Shown one piece after another: positions 43,372-54,892 of a stretch of DNA of 64,000 bases. This DNA is from Ignavibacteriota bacterium (GTDB taxonomy: Bacteria > Bacteroidota > Ignavibacteria > UBA10030 > UBA6906). Positions within the stretch are counted from its first letter, which is position 1; every line of letters starts with the position of its first letter. The position numbers were made by a program, and so were the translations under genes. The notes beneath the pieces were generated by a model that was not told the DNA's origin, searched no databases, and worked only from the letters and a program-made list of their open reading frames with translations. The stretch covers positions 76,677 to 140,676 of the forward strand of contig JADJHP010000003.1 of assembly GCA_016707525.1 (NCBI GenBank). Reading direction: 5' to 3'.

Positions 43372-44781
43372 TCAATGTGTCAGTTCCTGTTCGATGAGTT
43401 CCAGGGACTTTCCCTTGGTTTCAGGGACGCGGAACCAGACGAAGACAAAACCTGCGATACAGATGGCGGCATAGAGCCAGAACGTCCCTGATACGCCGAG
43501 GGCGGCGTTCAGGAAGGGGAAGGTGTACGTCAGGAGGAAGCAGGCGATCCAGAGCGCAGAGACCGCAACGGCAACGGCCGCCCCCCGGATCCTGTTCGGG
43601 AACAACTCCGAGATCAGGACCCATGTGATCGGTGCAAGCGACATGGCATAGCTTGCGATGGCCAGGAGGACGAACGTGATCACCACCGGGCCCGTCCAGT
43701 GCAGCAGGTAGGCGAGACCGATGAGGATATGAAAGAGACCGATCCCGGCACACCCGATGAGCAACAGCGCGCGCCGTCCGAACCGGTCCACCGTGCCGAA
43801 GGCGATGAACGTGGCCACCATGTTCACGATGCCGGTGATGACGATATTAAAGAGGATCGAACTCACCCCGTACCCGGCGGTGCGGAAGATCTCTTCCGCA
43901 TAGTTGAAGATCACATTGATGCCGCTCCACTGTTGCAGCACGGCGAGGGTGACACCGACGAAGAGGATGCTGCGCACACCGGGGGCAAGGAGGTCGCGGA
44001 AGTGCACCTGCCGTACCTCTTCCGTGGCGATGGTCTCCTGGATCGTGGCACATTCCGCTGCTGCGTACGCTTCACCACCGATGCGCCGCAGGACCTCCCG
44101 GGCGCGGTCCACGGCACCGTTCTTGATCAGCCAGCGTGGACTTTCGGGAATGGCGAGTGATCCGAGAAAGAAGGCAACCGCGGGGATCGCGACCACCGTG
44201 AACATCCAGCGCCACCCTTCCTGTCCGTTCCACGACATGCGGATGAACTCCGCTGTTGCGGCATCCGGTACGGGTTCCGCGATGCGCCAGTTGACCACCT
44301 GCGCGGCGAGGACGCCGATGACGATCGTGAACTGGTTCAGCGAGACCAGCCGCCCCCGCAGGTGGGCCGGGGCGATCTCGGCGATGTACATGGGTGAGAG
44401 TGCGCTGGCCATCCCGATCGCAACGCCCCCGGCGATGCGCCAGGTGACGAACGCGGTGAAACTGCCCGCCCAGCCCGTCAGGATGGAGGAAGCGGCAAAG
44501 AGCACGGCCGACAACAGGAGCAGTCGTTTCCGTCCGAAGCGATCGCTCACGCCTCCTGTGAAGAGCGCGCCGAGCAGACACCCGAGGAGAGCGCAGCTAT
44601 TGGCCCATCCGCGAACGGCCTCATCCTCGAGCCCGAAGTACGGCTCAAAGAATGGCTTTGCTCCCCCGATCACCACCCAGTCGTACCCGAACAGCAGTCC
44701 GCCCATCGCGGCGACGGCGGAGATGAGCCATACAAAACGCAGATCGAATGATGCAGAGAGGTCCTTCGAAGCTGATGTCAT
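43372..44781 (-). CDS. MFS sugar porter family transporter (sugar:H+ symporter)
   Basis: GGLLFGYDWVVIGGA, GRKR, and a PESPRWL motif. Confidence 0.85.
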   Translation of the reverse strand: MTSASKDLSASFDLRFVWLISAVAAMGGLLFGYDWVVIGGAKPFFEPYFGLEDEAVRGWANSCALLGCLLGALFTGGVSDRFGRKRLLLLSAVLFAASSILTGWAGSFTAFVTWRIAGGVAIGMASALSPMYIAEIAPAHLRGRLVSLNQFTIVIGVLAAQVVNWRIAEPVPDAATAEFIRMSWNGQEGWRWMFTVVAIPAVAFFLGSLAIPESPRWLIKNGAVDRAREVLRRIGGEAYAAAECATIQETIATEEVRQVHFRDLLAPGVRSILFVGVTLAVLQQWSGINVIFNYAEEIFRTAGYGVSSILFNIVITGIVNMVATFIAFGTVDRFGRRALLLIGCAGIGLFHILIGLAYLLHWTGPVVITFVLLAIASYAMSLAPITWVLISELFPNRIRGAAVAVAVSALWIACFLLTYTFPFLNAALGVSGTFWLYAAICIAGFVFVWFRVPETKGKSLELIEQELTH

Positions 44782-44820
44782 AGCGATGTTCCGTTTGCAG
44801 TGTGACGTGGATCGGTCGTT

Positions 44821-46857
44821 TCAATGGAGGGGGCGCACCCTGACGAACATGACGCCCCTGGCTGGCACGCGGTACGTCAACGACCCCGCGGCGGTACCGA
44901 TATCCTTCTGCCGCCACAGATCGCGGAGAGTGTGCGTTCCCTGAAGTCCGAGCACGCTCCAGGATGCCGTCAGATCCCGGTCGATCTCATCGCGGTTGAA
45001 GAACCCGACGGCCTTCGAGCCGTCCTCCATTTCTTTCACCATCACGAACGTTTCCTCGTCGAGCGGGATCATCGCAGCGCTCTGTCCCAACGGGTCCTGG
45101 TTCACCTCGTTCACTTCAGGATTGCAGAGGATGTTGAGCGTGAAGGGATCGAGCCGGTTCATATCGCCGCTGAAAAAGAGCGGCGATGCCATCAGAGACC
45201 AGAGCGACATGTACACATACTGCATGCGTGGCGGGACGGGTGTTGGTGTCGGTTCCCCTCCCGTAAATGCGCTCCCCACATACCCGATCTGAATATAGTC
45301 CGGATCGTTCCACGAGCCGGGGCCCGACCATGCACGATGCTCTGCGTTCTGGAGGGCGACCTCGAAGATCCGGTCAAGTTCGAATCCAAGATCACCCGCG
45401 GTCCGCCAGCATTGTCCACCCACGGCAGCACCCCACTCCCATACGTTGCCCATGCCGTACTGGCACAGATTCAACACGATGTCGCGGTCCTGCGAGGCCA
45501 GCACCTTGCCCATGATCTCGTAGGGCTTCCGGAGCGCGGCACGATCGGGATTATTTCCGGTGACCTCCGTGTAACTGCACCAGTCGTACTTCAGGAAGTC
45601 GAATCCCCATGCCGCGAACTGCTTCGCATCCTGTTCCTCATGGCCAAGTGTTCCTGAGAAACCCGCACAGGTGAGGCGGCCGGGCGACGTATAGATGCCG
45701 GCCTTCAATCCCAGTGCATGGATATGATCCGTGAGGCCGCGCATCGAAGGAAAGTGTTTGTTCGGCAGGATGTTCCCCTGCGCATCACGCAGCGGGCCGA
45801 CGCGGAGCGGATCGCTGTGCTGCGGCGCATTCATCCAGCAATCGTCGATGGACACATATTGATAGCCTGCGTCCGCCATGCCGCTGCGGACCATCACATC
45901 GGCCGCATCACGCATCAGTGCATCGGTCACGCGGTTGTAGTGCGCGTACCAGTGGTTCCAGCCCATGGGCGGCGTCAGCGCAAGCGTTGCGCCACTCACG
46001 ATCCGGAACTGTGTGGAAGCGGATCCCCGCGCGTTCGTCGCCGTGATCGTCACGCGGTGCGTCCCGGCCGCAGGAGCGGTGCCGCGGATGATCCCGGAAG
46101 AGGCGTCAAGCGTGAGTCCGGTCGGCAGGCTCACGGCTGTGAACTTCATCGGACGTTCGCCGGTGCATGGGATACGGTGGAGGAACGGGTGGCCGGGCCT
46201 GCATCCGATAACACGCGCACCATTGATGCGCGGGATCGGGCCCGGGGTCGGGGTCAGGAGGAACGGCTGTTCGGGGGCCGGCGTGAACGCCCGGGGCGGC
46301 ACACCCGAATACAGGATCCGTGCATCACACAGGTCCACGTGATCGTGGTCAATGCCATCCCCTGCATCCGTCGCCATGAGGATGAGCGTATCGATGCCGC
46401 GAAGATCGGTATCGATGGCCACCCCGCCCCTGCCTGTGCGAAGCGCACCGGACTCAAACAGGATCTTTCCGTCGCCGAGGAGCCGCACGCGTACGGACCC
46501 CGCGCCGTTACTGCTATCGTTCACCCCGGCGATCGCACGGAAGCGCACCGCGGATCCGTGCAGGTCGATCCGAAGAATGGCACGTGCATGAGTGCCGACG
46601 CCCTTCCGGTACGTGACGCCTCCGAGGCGCAGCGGCGATCCATCGACGGAAGAATCGGCCCTGGGCCTCCCCCACCCCTGCCGGAGATGGGTAAGATCGA
46701 GAGCGCCCAGCCACACGGAATCCTGAGGGGCTGGAGGAATGGCTGAGGCTTCCGTGAACGAGCACGCGAGAATTACGAGGACGAGAAGGATACGGCGGGT
46801 CACGGTTGAGTCTCCGGCTGGAAAGTGATCAGGGATGTCGTGCGGTGGCTTCATCAC
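44821..46857 (-). CDS. Alpha-galactosidase (GH27) with an N-terminal NPCBM-like carbohydrate-binding domain; secreted
   Basis: LTPPMGWNHWYAHYNRV...YQYVSIDDCWM (GH27 catalytic region), preceded by a signal peptide and a ~170-aa NPCBM-like module. Confidence 0.8.
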   Translation of the reverse strand: MMKPPHDIPDHFPAGDSTVTRRILLVLVILACSFTEASAIPPAPQDSVWLGALDLTHLRQGWGRPRADSSVDGSPLRLGGVTYRKGVGTHARAILRIDLHGSAVRFRAIAGVNDSSNGAGSVRVRLLGDGKILFESGALRTGRGGVAIDTDLRGIDTLILMATDAGDGIDHDHVDLCDARILYSGVPPRAFTPAPEQPFLLTPTPGPIPRINGARVIGCRPGHPFLHRIPCTGERPMKFTAVSLPTGLTLDASSGIIRGTAPAAGTHRVTITATNARGSASTQFRIVSGATLALTPPMGWNHWYAHYNRVTDALMRDAADVMVRSGMADAGYQYVSIDDCWMNAPQHSDPLRVGPLRDAQGNILPNKHFPSMRGLTDHIHALGLKAGIYTSPGRLTCAGFSGTLGHEEQDAKQFAAWGFDFLKYDWCSYTEVTGNNPDRAALRKPYEIMGKVLASQDRDIVLNLCQYGMGNVWEWGAAVGGQCWRTAGDLGFELDRIFEVALQNAEHRAWSGPGSWNDPDYIQIGYVGSAFTGGEPTPTPVPPRMQYVYMSLWSLMASPLFFSGDMNRLDPFTLNILCNPEVNEVNQDPLGQSAAMIPLDEETFVMVKEMEDGSKAVGFFNRDEIDRDLTASWSVLGLQGTHTLRDLWRQKDIGTAAGSLTYRVPARGVMFVRVRPLH

Positions 46858-46920
46858 AGCAATGTTACACCCGGTGCCCGGGGCGATCGGAACAGATGGA
46901 TGTGGCGGACAGTGGCGAGA

Positions 46921-47310
46921 TCAGGGGCCGGGCACCACGGCTTTGCGGAGCCACGCGATGGCCTCATCCCTGTCGTTGAACACGCGTGCATTGAACCCCC
47001 GGTTGCGGCACGCGGTCTCATAGAACTCTGCATGTTGACCGAGAGGCGTTCCCGGGGGAACGAGGACAGCTTCCCGGAAGCTCCGGTCGATCCCTTCCGC
47101 TTCGATACGCGATACGATGTCCATCAGATCAATGATGGAGTGGCCTCCGGTGAGCGAGGCCAGGTTCGCGAGGAAGAGCAGGCTCTGGCGCTGAGATCCT
47201 TCGGCAAGCGCAGCGTAGAATGCGGCTTCCAGGTCGGTGGGAGCGACGACACCTTCATAGATCACTTCGATGATAGCGGGAGAACCGGAGACCTCGAGTT
47301 TCCAGGGCAT
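46921..47310 (-). CDS. Hypothetical 129-aa protein (possibly STAS / anti-sigma-antagonist-like fold)
   Basis: ORF only. It ends ...ARVFNDRDEAIAWL, which is reminiscent of SpoIIAA-type C-termini. Confidence 0.4.
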   Translation of the reverse strand: MPWKLEVSGSPAIIEVIYEGVVAPTDLEAAFYAALAEGSQRQSLLFLANLASLTGGHSIIDLMDIVSRIEAEGIDRSFREAVLVPPGTPLGQHAEFYETACRNRGFNARVFNDRDEAIAWLRKAVVPGP

Positions 47311-47523
47311 ACCGTAACTTTCTGTGTGGCTTCCCGGGAGGAGTGGCTATGCAGGTGAATGTACGCCGTGTTCTTGAGAGATGCAACGAGAGCCCGTGGA
47401 CAGATGTCTCAGACGGATGCCGCAAACGGATGACCCCGGGCGTCGGGCAGCAGCGCTCCGGGCTCTTGCCTTTGGCCGCCGGCTTTAGTATTCTGAGTGG
47501 TCGTTTCCTTTCACATGGACCAC

Positions 47524-48237
47524 ATGAACAGCGATCTGTATACCCTCATCGGCACTGCCGCATCACTCGGTTTCATCCACACCCTTGTCGGGCCGGATCA
47601 CTATGTGCCGTTCGTCGCTATGGCCCGCGCGGGCAAATGGAGCCGGCTCAAGACGTTGTACGTGACGGTACTCTCCGGCCTCGGCCATGTAGGGAGTTCC
47701 ATCCTCCTCGGAGCGGTCGGGATCGCATTGGGCAGTGCACTGTCGCATCTTGAGTGGGTCGAATCGATACGCGGTGAGGTTGCGGCATGGATGCTGACCG
47801 GCTTCGGACTGGCATACATGGTCTGGGGGATCTGGCACGGGATCCGCTCCCGCCCGCATTCCCATGCACACGCCCATGCAGATGGCGCGGTGCACGAGCA
47901 CACGCACACGCATCACTCAGCGCACGCGCATCCCCATGAACACGGCAAGCCCGCGAACCTGACGCCCTGGATCATCTTCAGCATCTTTGTCTTCGGCCCG
48001 TGCGAGCCGCTGATCCCGTTGCTCATGTATCCCGCGGCCATCCACTCGTCGCTCGGCGTGGCCCTCGTTGCGACGGTCTTCGCCCTTACAACGATCGCAA
48101 CGATGCTCGGCATGGTCTTCCTCGGATTGGCCGGCGTCGAACTGATCCCCTTCCCCCGCCTCGAACGCTACATCCACGCCATGGCAGGCGGGATCATTGC
48201 CATGTCGGGGCTGAGCGTGCTCTTTCTTGGCCTCTAA
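47524..48237 (+). CDS. His-rich 6-TM metal transporter (NicO/RcnA-like Ni/Co transporter family)
   Basis: A central loop HSHAHAHADGAVHEHTHTHHSAHAHPHEHG flanked by TM helices. A start at 47497 is possible. Confidence 0.55.
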   Translation: MNSDLYTLIGTAASLGFIHTLVGPDHYVPFVAMARAGKWSRLKTLYVTVLSGLGHVGSSILLGAVGIALGSALSHLEWVESIRGEVAAWMLTGFGLAYMVWGIWHGIRSRPHSHAHAHADGAVHEHTHTHHSAHAHPHEHGKPANLTPWIIFSIFVFGPCEPLIPLLMYPAAIHSSLGVALVATVFALTTIATMLGMVFLGLAGVELIPFPRLERYIHAMAGGIIAMSGLSVLFLGL

Positions 48238-48271
48238 GAATTAAGAACTAAGAATTCTTAGTTCTTAATTC
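48238..48271. terminator. Bidirectional terminator: perfect 17+17-nt AT-rich palindrome GAATTAAGAACTAAGAA|TTCTTAGTTCTTAATTC between convergent genes
   Basis: It starts 1 nt after the TAA of the + strand gene and ends 1 nt before the stop of the - strand gene, and is followed by TTATTT on the + strand. Confidence 0.65.
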
Positions 48272-51200
48272 TTATTTCGTCAGGCCAAGATACACGTACT
48301 CCACCGTCATCGCTTTCTGCGCATGGATGCCGATCCGGTTGAGCCCCTGGAGCAACGACGGCTCAACGGAGAACTCGACCGACTTCTTCACATCGGGAAG
48401 TTGGCGGACCACCTTCTCGGGAAAGATCTGTGGAGCGGCGGGCATGTGGCCGTCCTGCAAGCGTATGCCATTGAAGAAGACCACCACATCCTCCAGCTCC
48501 ATATCCTCCTTGCACTCGATCCGCAGCACCAGTGTCCGCGGAGGCATGGACTCTTTGACTCTCAGCTCTACAGTCTCGAGTTGAGCCTTGCGCAACGCGA
48601 GTGGAAGCTGCGATGTCAAGCTTACGCCGGGCACCGGGAACCACGCCGGCGCAAGCGAGTACAGTTTGTCCTTCCCTTCCAACAGTGACGGATCGATCAG
48701 CTCATGCAGGACCTCCAGATCAGGTTCGATCCCTCCATCCCATGCCACGAAGTAGTTGAACAGGTAGATCCCGTCAGCGCCGTTGGCGTAGTGCAACGCA
48801 GCTGTTGCCCGCTTTTCCCCCGCGTCATCTGACGGTTCCCCATGGTGAACTCCTGCGCCGCATACACGGGCACAGGGCCGCAGACCGCCTTGAACTCGCG
48901 CGCATTGATGTCATTCTCGGTCGACAGGAACGGTGCGATCGCAAGAACGTCGATCATGCCCTTCGTGCACCAGGTTGCCGGATCCACACCAAGATATGCG
49001 CACCCTTTGAGTGATGAAGGCACCCGGGCGGTAAGGAGTATCCGATGCCCGCGCGCAACCGAGATGCTGTCCACCACTCCCCTCACGCGGCCGACAAAGT
49101 CCGTCAGGATGCCTGCGAAGTGGGTCATCGAATCCGGCTTCAGCGGAAAATAGTACGGGAAACGCATGAAGTCGAGTTCAAAGCCGTCCATGTCGTACCG
49201 CTCAAGCGCTTCCCTCACGAGGGAGTAGAAGTATGCACGCACCTCGGGCACCGCGTAGTTTAGGGCCTCTTTTCCCCAGCCGGCATATCCCCCCACCCGC
49301 CACTCCGGGTGGGCCTTCCAGAAATCGCCGAGCAGAGGGCTCTCGGGCTTGTCCACATCATGCAGTTCATTCATGCGGAAGCTCAGGAAGGCCTCCATGC
49401 CGCGCAGCCGGGCACGATCAAGGACGATCCGCACCTGGTCGAGGGAGTCGGTGCCGAAGCGTGCGAGGTTCCTGCTCATCCTGGCCCCCAGCAACGGCCA
49501 TCCCTCTTTCGCATGCACCGGGGCATCCGGCCAATGGAACATGGACTCAACGCTGCTCGGGTACCCCGGGTTCTGTCCGGGATTGATATTATAGATGAAC
49601 GTCGTCACCCCGGCCTCCGCAATGGGATCGACACGGCCGTGGATGTCGCGCACGGTGAGTGAATCGAAATCCATCGGGATGCTTGAACCGTCATTATTAT
49701 AGATGAGGCGCCGGGCGAACCGGGGCGGCAGGGTCGCATCCCCTACCGGAGCCGAAGAAAGGGCCGCAGACAGATCGAAGGGGCGGAAGCCAAGCGCGAA
49801 TGCCGGCGAACCCTCTTTGAGCCGGAAATCGCCTCCGGCGGCATCGGCGAACCCGGGGTCAGCGACCAGGGAATGCACGTCGCGTCCGGTACGCTGCCAG
49901 CCGCTGAAATCGAGGGAATCGTACCGGAACGACCCCTGCACCGGCCAGTACAGATTCCGGTCCATGATGAGATTGCTGTCGCGCATCGAACCGAAGAGCA
50001 CGGGCCCACCGCTCCAGAGAATGATATTGCGTTCGAATGCGAAACTCATGTGGGGTTCGAAGCGGGTCCGGGCGACCTGATACTCCGCGCCGAACGCCAG
50101 GATATTGTTCCGGAAGATGTTCTCCTTCCCGTAGTGCTGATGGAACCCCCCGTGCTTCGTGCGGTACACCAGGTTCTCCTCGGCGCGGATATTCGTCGTC
50201 CCCTCATCGAAGTAGATGCCCCATCCGCCGTACACCCGTCCCGCGATATCATGGAAGACGTTGCGCCGAATCTCGGTCCCGCGTTGATAGCCAAGCGTGT
50301 AGATGCCGCCGAGATCGCTCAGCATCGGCCCTTCGCCATTGCTCAGGACACCGATGTGATGCACATGATTCAGCTCGACGATATTCCCGTACGCAAGCGC
50401 CGGCCCATACCCCCACGTCCACCCGATCGAGATGCCGGTATACTCGAAATCGTGAATATGGTTGTGGATGAGGCGGTTGAACGGGCTCTGGCCGATCCAC
50501 ACGCCGATGGCACTGTGGAAGATCTTCCCCCCGCTATGGATATGATTATCGAGGAGCCGGTTCCGCTGCGTCAACAATGCACGATCGTTCTCCAGGGTCT
50601 TGAGGCCAAGGAAGACGCCCCCGGCGCCAAGATCGGCGATCTCGGACCGCTGAATGAGATTGTCCTGGCATGCGGCCCCGAGGGAGATGCCGTAGGTTCC
50701 GGTGTGTGTGATCGCGCACTCCTCGAACGTGACGTGCCGCATCCCGGTGCACGCTACGGCCGCGGGCACTCCTGTCGCGGCCTGATTGAATCCGCCAACA
50801 TCCGGATTGCGCGAATCGGTCGTGTATCCTTTCGGGAAGAACCACTCGGCATGGCTGAAACCGATCCCGCGGAAGACGACGTGTTCCACCCAGCGGCCTC
50901 GTGCGGGTTCGCCTTCGATCCGCATCACCTGCTCCAGGACGGGCACGACCGCATCGATGCTCCGGATGTCCTCACCCGGCATCGGCAGATAGTAGATCTT
51001 CCCCTGTTTCTCGTCGAGCCACCACTCCCCCGGTACGTTCAATGCGCCACGCGCGGACTGGATATAGTACACATCACCGGGATCGATGCGGAACACCGAC
51101 CTGCGCGCGAAACGGAACGTGCGCGACGCCGGTTCATAGGTTGTCACGGGCAGGTACGACTCGACCCATTTTGTGGAGAGGACGACCTGCGCCCCTCTGA

Positions 51201-51828
51201 GGTCGAACTTCGGCGGTACGGTCCCCGGTTTCGCGACGAAGGAACGCTGACCCTCCATCCAGTCCATGGACGGCGTGATCTCAGGGATGGTATCGACGGA
51301 GAGATAGCCGGAATCGGGAAAGCGTGCCGGAGATCTGCGCTCACCGTTCACCCACAGTTCGCGCACATCGGGATTGGACCTGCGTACCTGTGCGGGCAAC
51401 GCGGCAACCCAGACGTTCTTCCCATCGAGGGTGGTCCGGGTCCACTGTGTGAGGACGGCGCCGCCGCTGAGCACAGGCGATGCGCCCGGGAGGGCCGCGA
51501 TGACTGTGGGCGATGTTGCGGAACCGCTGATCCCGGATCCCAGATGGAGAGGTGCGTTCAGGAAGTACCGTCCGCCATGGAGCAGGACCAGCACGGTATC
51601 CGTGAGGCCTGGCCGGGCCGACCGGAGATCCTGCACTGCCCGGGCAGCCCGGGCAAGCGATGCGAACGGGTGGGCGGCATCACCCACAGCGCGGTCGTTG
51701 CCAGAAGGCGCAACATGGAAAACGGCGGCCGGGGGGAGGGCCCAGGCAGCACTGATGGACAACAGCAGACTGAGGGCGGCGATACGGAATGAGCGGGAGA
51801 ACATCGGAGGCCTCTGCTTGTGGGACAT
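48272..51828 (-). CDS. Secreted right-handed beta-helix (pectate-lyase-fold) protein fused to a C-terminal TIM-barrel-like hydrolase domain; apparent frameshift near 48800-48830
   Basis: The ORF track reports it as 48697..51828 plus 48272..48796. The 1043-aa frame degenerates into low-plausibility sequence at ...QEFTMGNRQMTRGKSGQQ, while the other frame carries ...EKRATAALHYANGADGIYLFNYFVAWDGG. A CCCCC homopolymer sits at the junction. Confidence 0.6.
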
Positions 51829-51966
51829 GCCAATGTAGCAAGTGCATCAGGACGATGCAAGCAAGAACAGCACCAATTTAAAGGAGTTAACAACCTCTCG
51901 TTAAACCGCTGTCCTTCTCCTCCGGTCTAATGAGGACGAATCTCCGATACCACCCCGGGCCACCCG

Positions 51967-54799
51967 ATGCGCATTCTCACGTTCTGCATTCTCACCGCCT
52001 TATTCGCCTTCCCGGCGAGGTCCCGATCGCATGAGATCCATGGATGCGTTCTTGCCATGGATTCACGCATCCCTGTCTCCGGCGCGATCATCACCCTTTC
52101 ACACGACACAGACACCGCCGTTGTTCATCGCACCTGGACCGATACCAGCGGCGTCTTCAGGTTCGCAGAGATCGATCCCGGCACGTATCTCCTGCAGGTC
52201 AACCATCTCGCCTACCATCACGCACGGCGGACCATCACGATCACGGCTTCCTCAGGACAGATCGAAGATGTCCTGTTGCGGCCACGCACGATCCCTATCG
52301 GTGAAGTCCTGGTCCACGCAACCCCTCCCGCCGTCCAGAAGGCCGACACAACGGAATATGTTGCCGACGCGTTCAAGCTCCATCGCGATGCGCAGGCGGA
52401 AGACCTCTTGATGAAGCTTCCCGGTGTCTCGGTGACGGAGGGCATCGTGCGTGCCGGGGGTGAAGAGGTGAAGCAGGTCCTGGTGGATGGCCGCCCGTTC
52501 TTCGGCACCGATCCGTTGATCGCTCTGCGCAACATCCCCGCCGACGCCATCGAGAAGGTGCAGGTCTTCGAGAAGATGAGCGAGCAGTCGGAGTTCACCG
52601 GGTTCGATGACGGCCAGTCGATGCGGACCATCAACATCATCACACGTGAAAGCCGGCGCCGGTCGCAATTCGGACGCGCATCCGCAGGCTATGGTGAGAG
52701 CGGCAGGTATGTCGCCACCGGCTCCGGCAATATTTTCAACGGCACCCAGCGGATCTCCCTGCTGGGGCAGAGCAACAACGCGAACCAGCAGAACTTCTCG
52801 GCACAGGACATCCTGGGCAGCCTGGGAGGCCCACCGGGTGGAGGTGGGCCGCGGGGAGGATTCGGTGAGGGGCGGCCACGCGGTGGACCGGGAGGCGGGC
52901 CGGGCGGCGGAGCCGGGGGTGCGCCTCCGCAGGGGGGGATGGGACGCCCGGGAGGGACCGTCGAACTCGCCAACAGCATGATCGGGATCCAGAGCGGCAT
53001 CTCGACGGTCCACTCGATCGGAACGAACTATACCGATATGTGGCAAAGCGGTGTGAACATCACAGGAAGCTACTTCTTCAACCGGTCGGACAACGAGAAC
53101 GACCGATCAACGCATCGCGACTACACCATCGCCGGCGATACGCGGACCGCATACGAAGAGCGGTCGACGGGCTCCACCGGTAATGGCAACCACCGGTTCA
53201 GCATGCGGCTCGACGTTCCGATCGACTCCATGAACTCGTTGCTGTTCGTTCCCAACGTCAGCTATCAATCCACCGACGGCATCAGCGTCATGGATGGTGC
53301 CTCGCTCTTCGCGGGCGGATCGTCCAGCGTGGCATCGACCGACAGTTGGTCCAGCAGCACGGGGTACACCCTTTCGCAGAACGTGTTGTACCGTCACAAA
53401 TTCGACCTGCCGGGGCGCACCATCTCGGTGGACGCCACGCTTTCCGGGAACGCCCGCGACCGGGACGCGACGCTGGGGTCTTCGGTATCGACCGACGGCA
53501 ACCTGGCCGATCTCACGCGGCAACAACGATCGACGGAGATCTCGGGGCTGGGATACTCGGCGCGTGTGGCATACACAGAACCCATGACGGTGAACAGCCA
53601 GGCGCAGGTCGAAGTGCAATCCTCGCTCACGCGGTCCGCATCGGACACGCGGACGTACAACGAGGATAGCATTGGCGTGCGCACCCTCGATCAGGCATTG
53701 TCGAACAGCTACGACAACCTGTACTGGTCGCAGCGCGGAGGAGTGAGTTATCAGATCAGGACAACGTCAACACGGTTCACTGTCGGAGCGGCGCTGGAGA
53801 GGGCCACGCTGGAGGGTGAGCGGAGGTATCCGTCCGACGCGGAGTCCAGGTATACATTCTGGTCCGTGCTGCCAAGCGTGACACTGGATCACTCCCCTGC
53901 GCTCGGACATCACTTCCGGGTGAACTATCGCGGTTCGACACAGGCACCGTCGATCACCCAGTTGCAGGATGTCGTGGACAACAGCAACCCGCTCTTCCTG
54001 AGCGGCGGCAATCCGTCCCTCCGGCAAACGTACACCCATTCGCTCACCGCGCGGTTGCTCGAGACCGAAGCGGACCGCGCGACAAGCAGGATGTTCATGG
54101 TGATGGTGTCGGCGGCCAATGACTACGTCGCGAACCACATCCGGACGCTTCATGCGCGACACGATCCTTGCCGGTGGTGTTGGAGCGACCGCCGGGAGTC
54201 AGATCACGACACCGGTGAACATGTCGGGTTACTGGAGCGTTCGCGGGAATGCGGACTTCGGATTCCCTCTCGAAGACATCTCCAGCAACCTCAATTTGAG
54301 CACCAATGCCTCCGTGAGCCATTCCCCCGGCATGTTGAATGACTTGGTGTATGCCACGACGGGTTGGTCCTTCGGAGGGGGCCTCGCGGTGGGAACGAAC
54401 GTGGGCCGTGAAGTGGATGGGCATCTGACGTACAACGCAACGTACACGACGAGCAGGAACACGCTCACGCAGAATTCGCAGGCGTCATACCTCACCCAGA
54501 CAGCGAGTCTGCGATCCACGCTCACATTCTGGGACATCGTGGTGGTACGCAATCAAGCGTCCTATATGCTGCGGACGGGATTGGCCGGCGGACAGGACCA
54601 GGACAGTTTTCTGTGGACGGCGACGGTGGGGATGAAATTCCTGGCCGAGAGCCGGGGGGAGGTGCGGTTGACGATGTACGACATCCTGGATCAGAACAAG
54701 AGCATCGGGAGGACGGTAACGGAATCCTACATTGAGGACACCACGAACCGTGTTCTCCCGCGGTATCTCATGCTCACGGTCGAGTACATGTGGCGGTAG
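51967..54799 (+). CDS. TonB-dependent outer-membrane receptor (CarboxypepD_reg-like N-terminus, plug, 22-strand barrel) with a Gly/Pro-rich insertion; apparent frameshift near 54119-54150
   Basis: N-terminal CarbD-like domain and plug (VDGRPFFGTDPLIALRNIPADAIEKVQV). The ORF track reports it as 51967..54342 plus 54119..54799. The barrel C-terminus is in the second frame. Confidence 0.75.
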
Positions 54800-54892
54800 G
54801 AAGAAGCATCCCGCCACGAGCAGCATAGCGGGATGCGCACCACAACCGTGAGGCTGCCTGCAATTTGTCTGGCAGCATCTATTCATGTGGCA

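Noticed and set aside
47343-47523. A possible NiCo (czcD-type) riboswitch upstream of the His-rich NicO-like transporter
   Set aside because: Only a promoter-like TTGCCT...TAGTAT and no recognisable conserved riboswitch core; unsupported without an Rfam scan.
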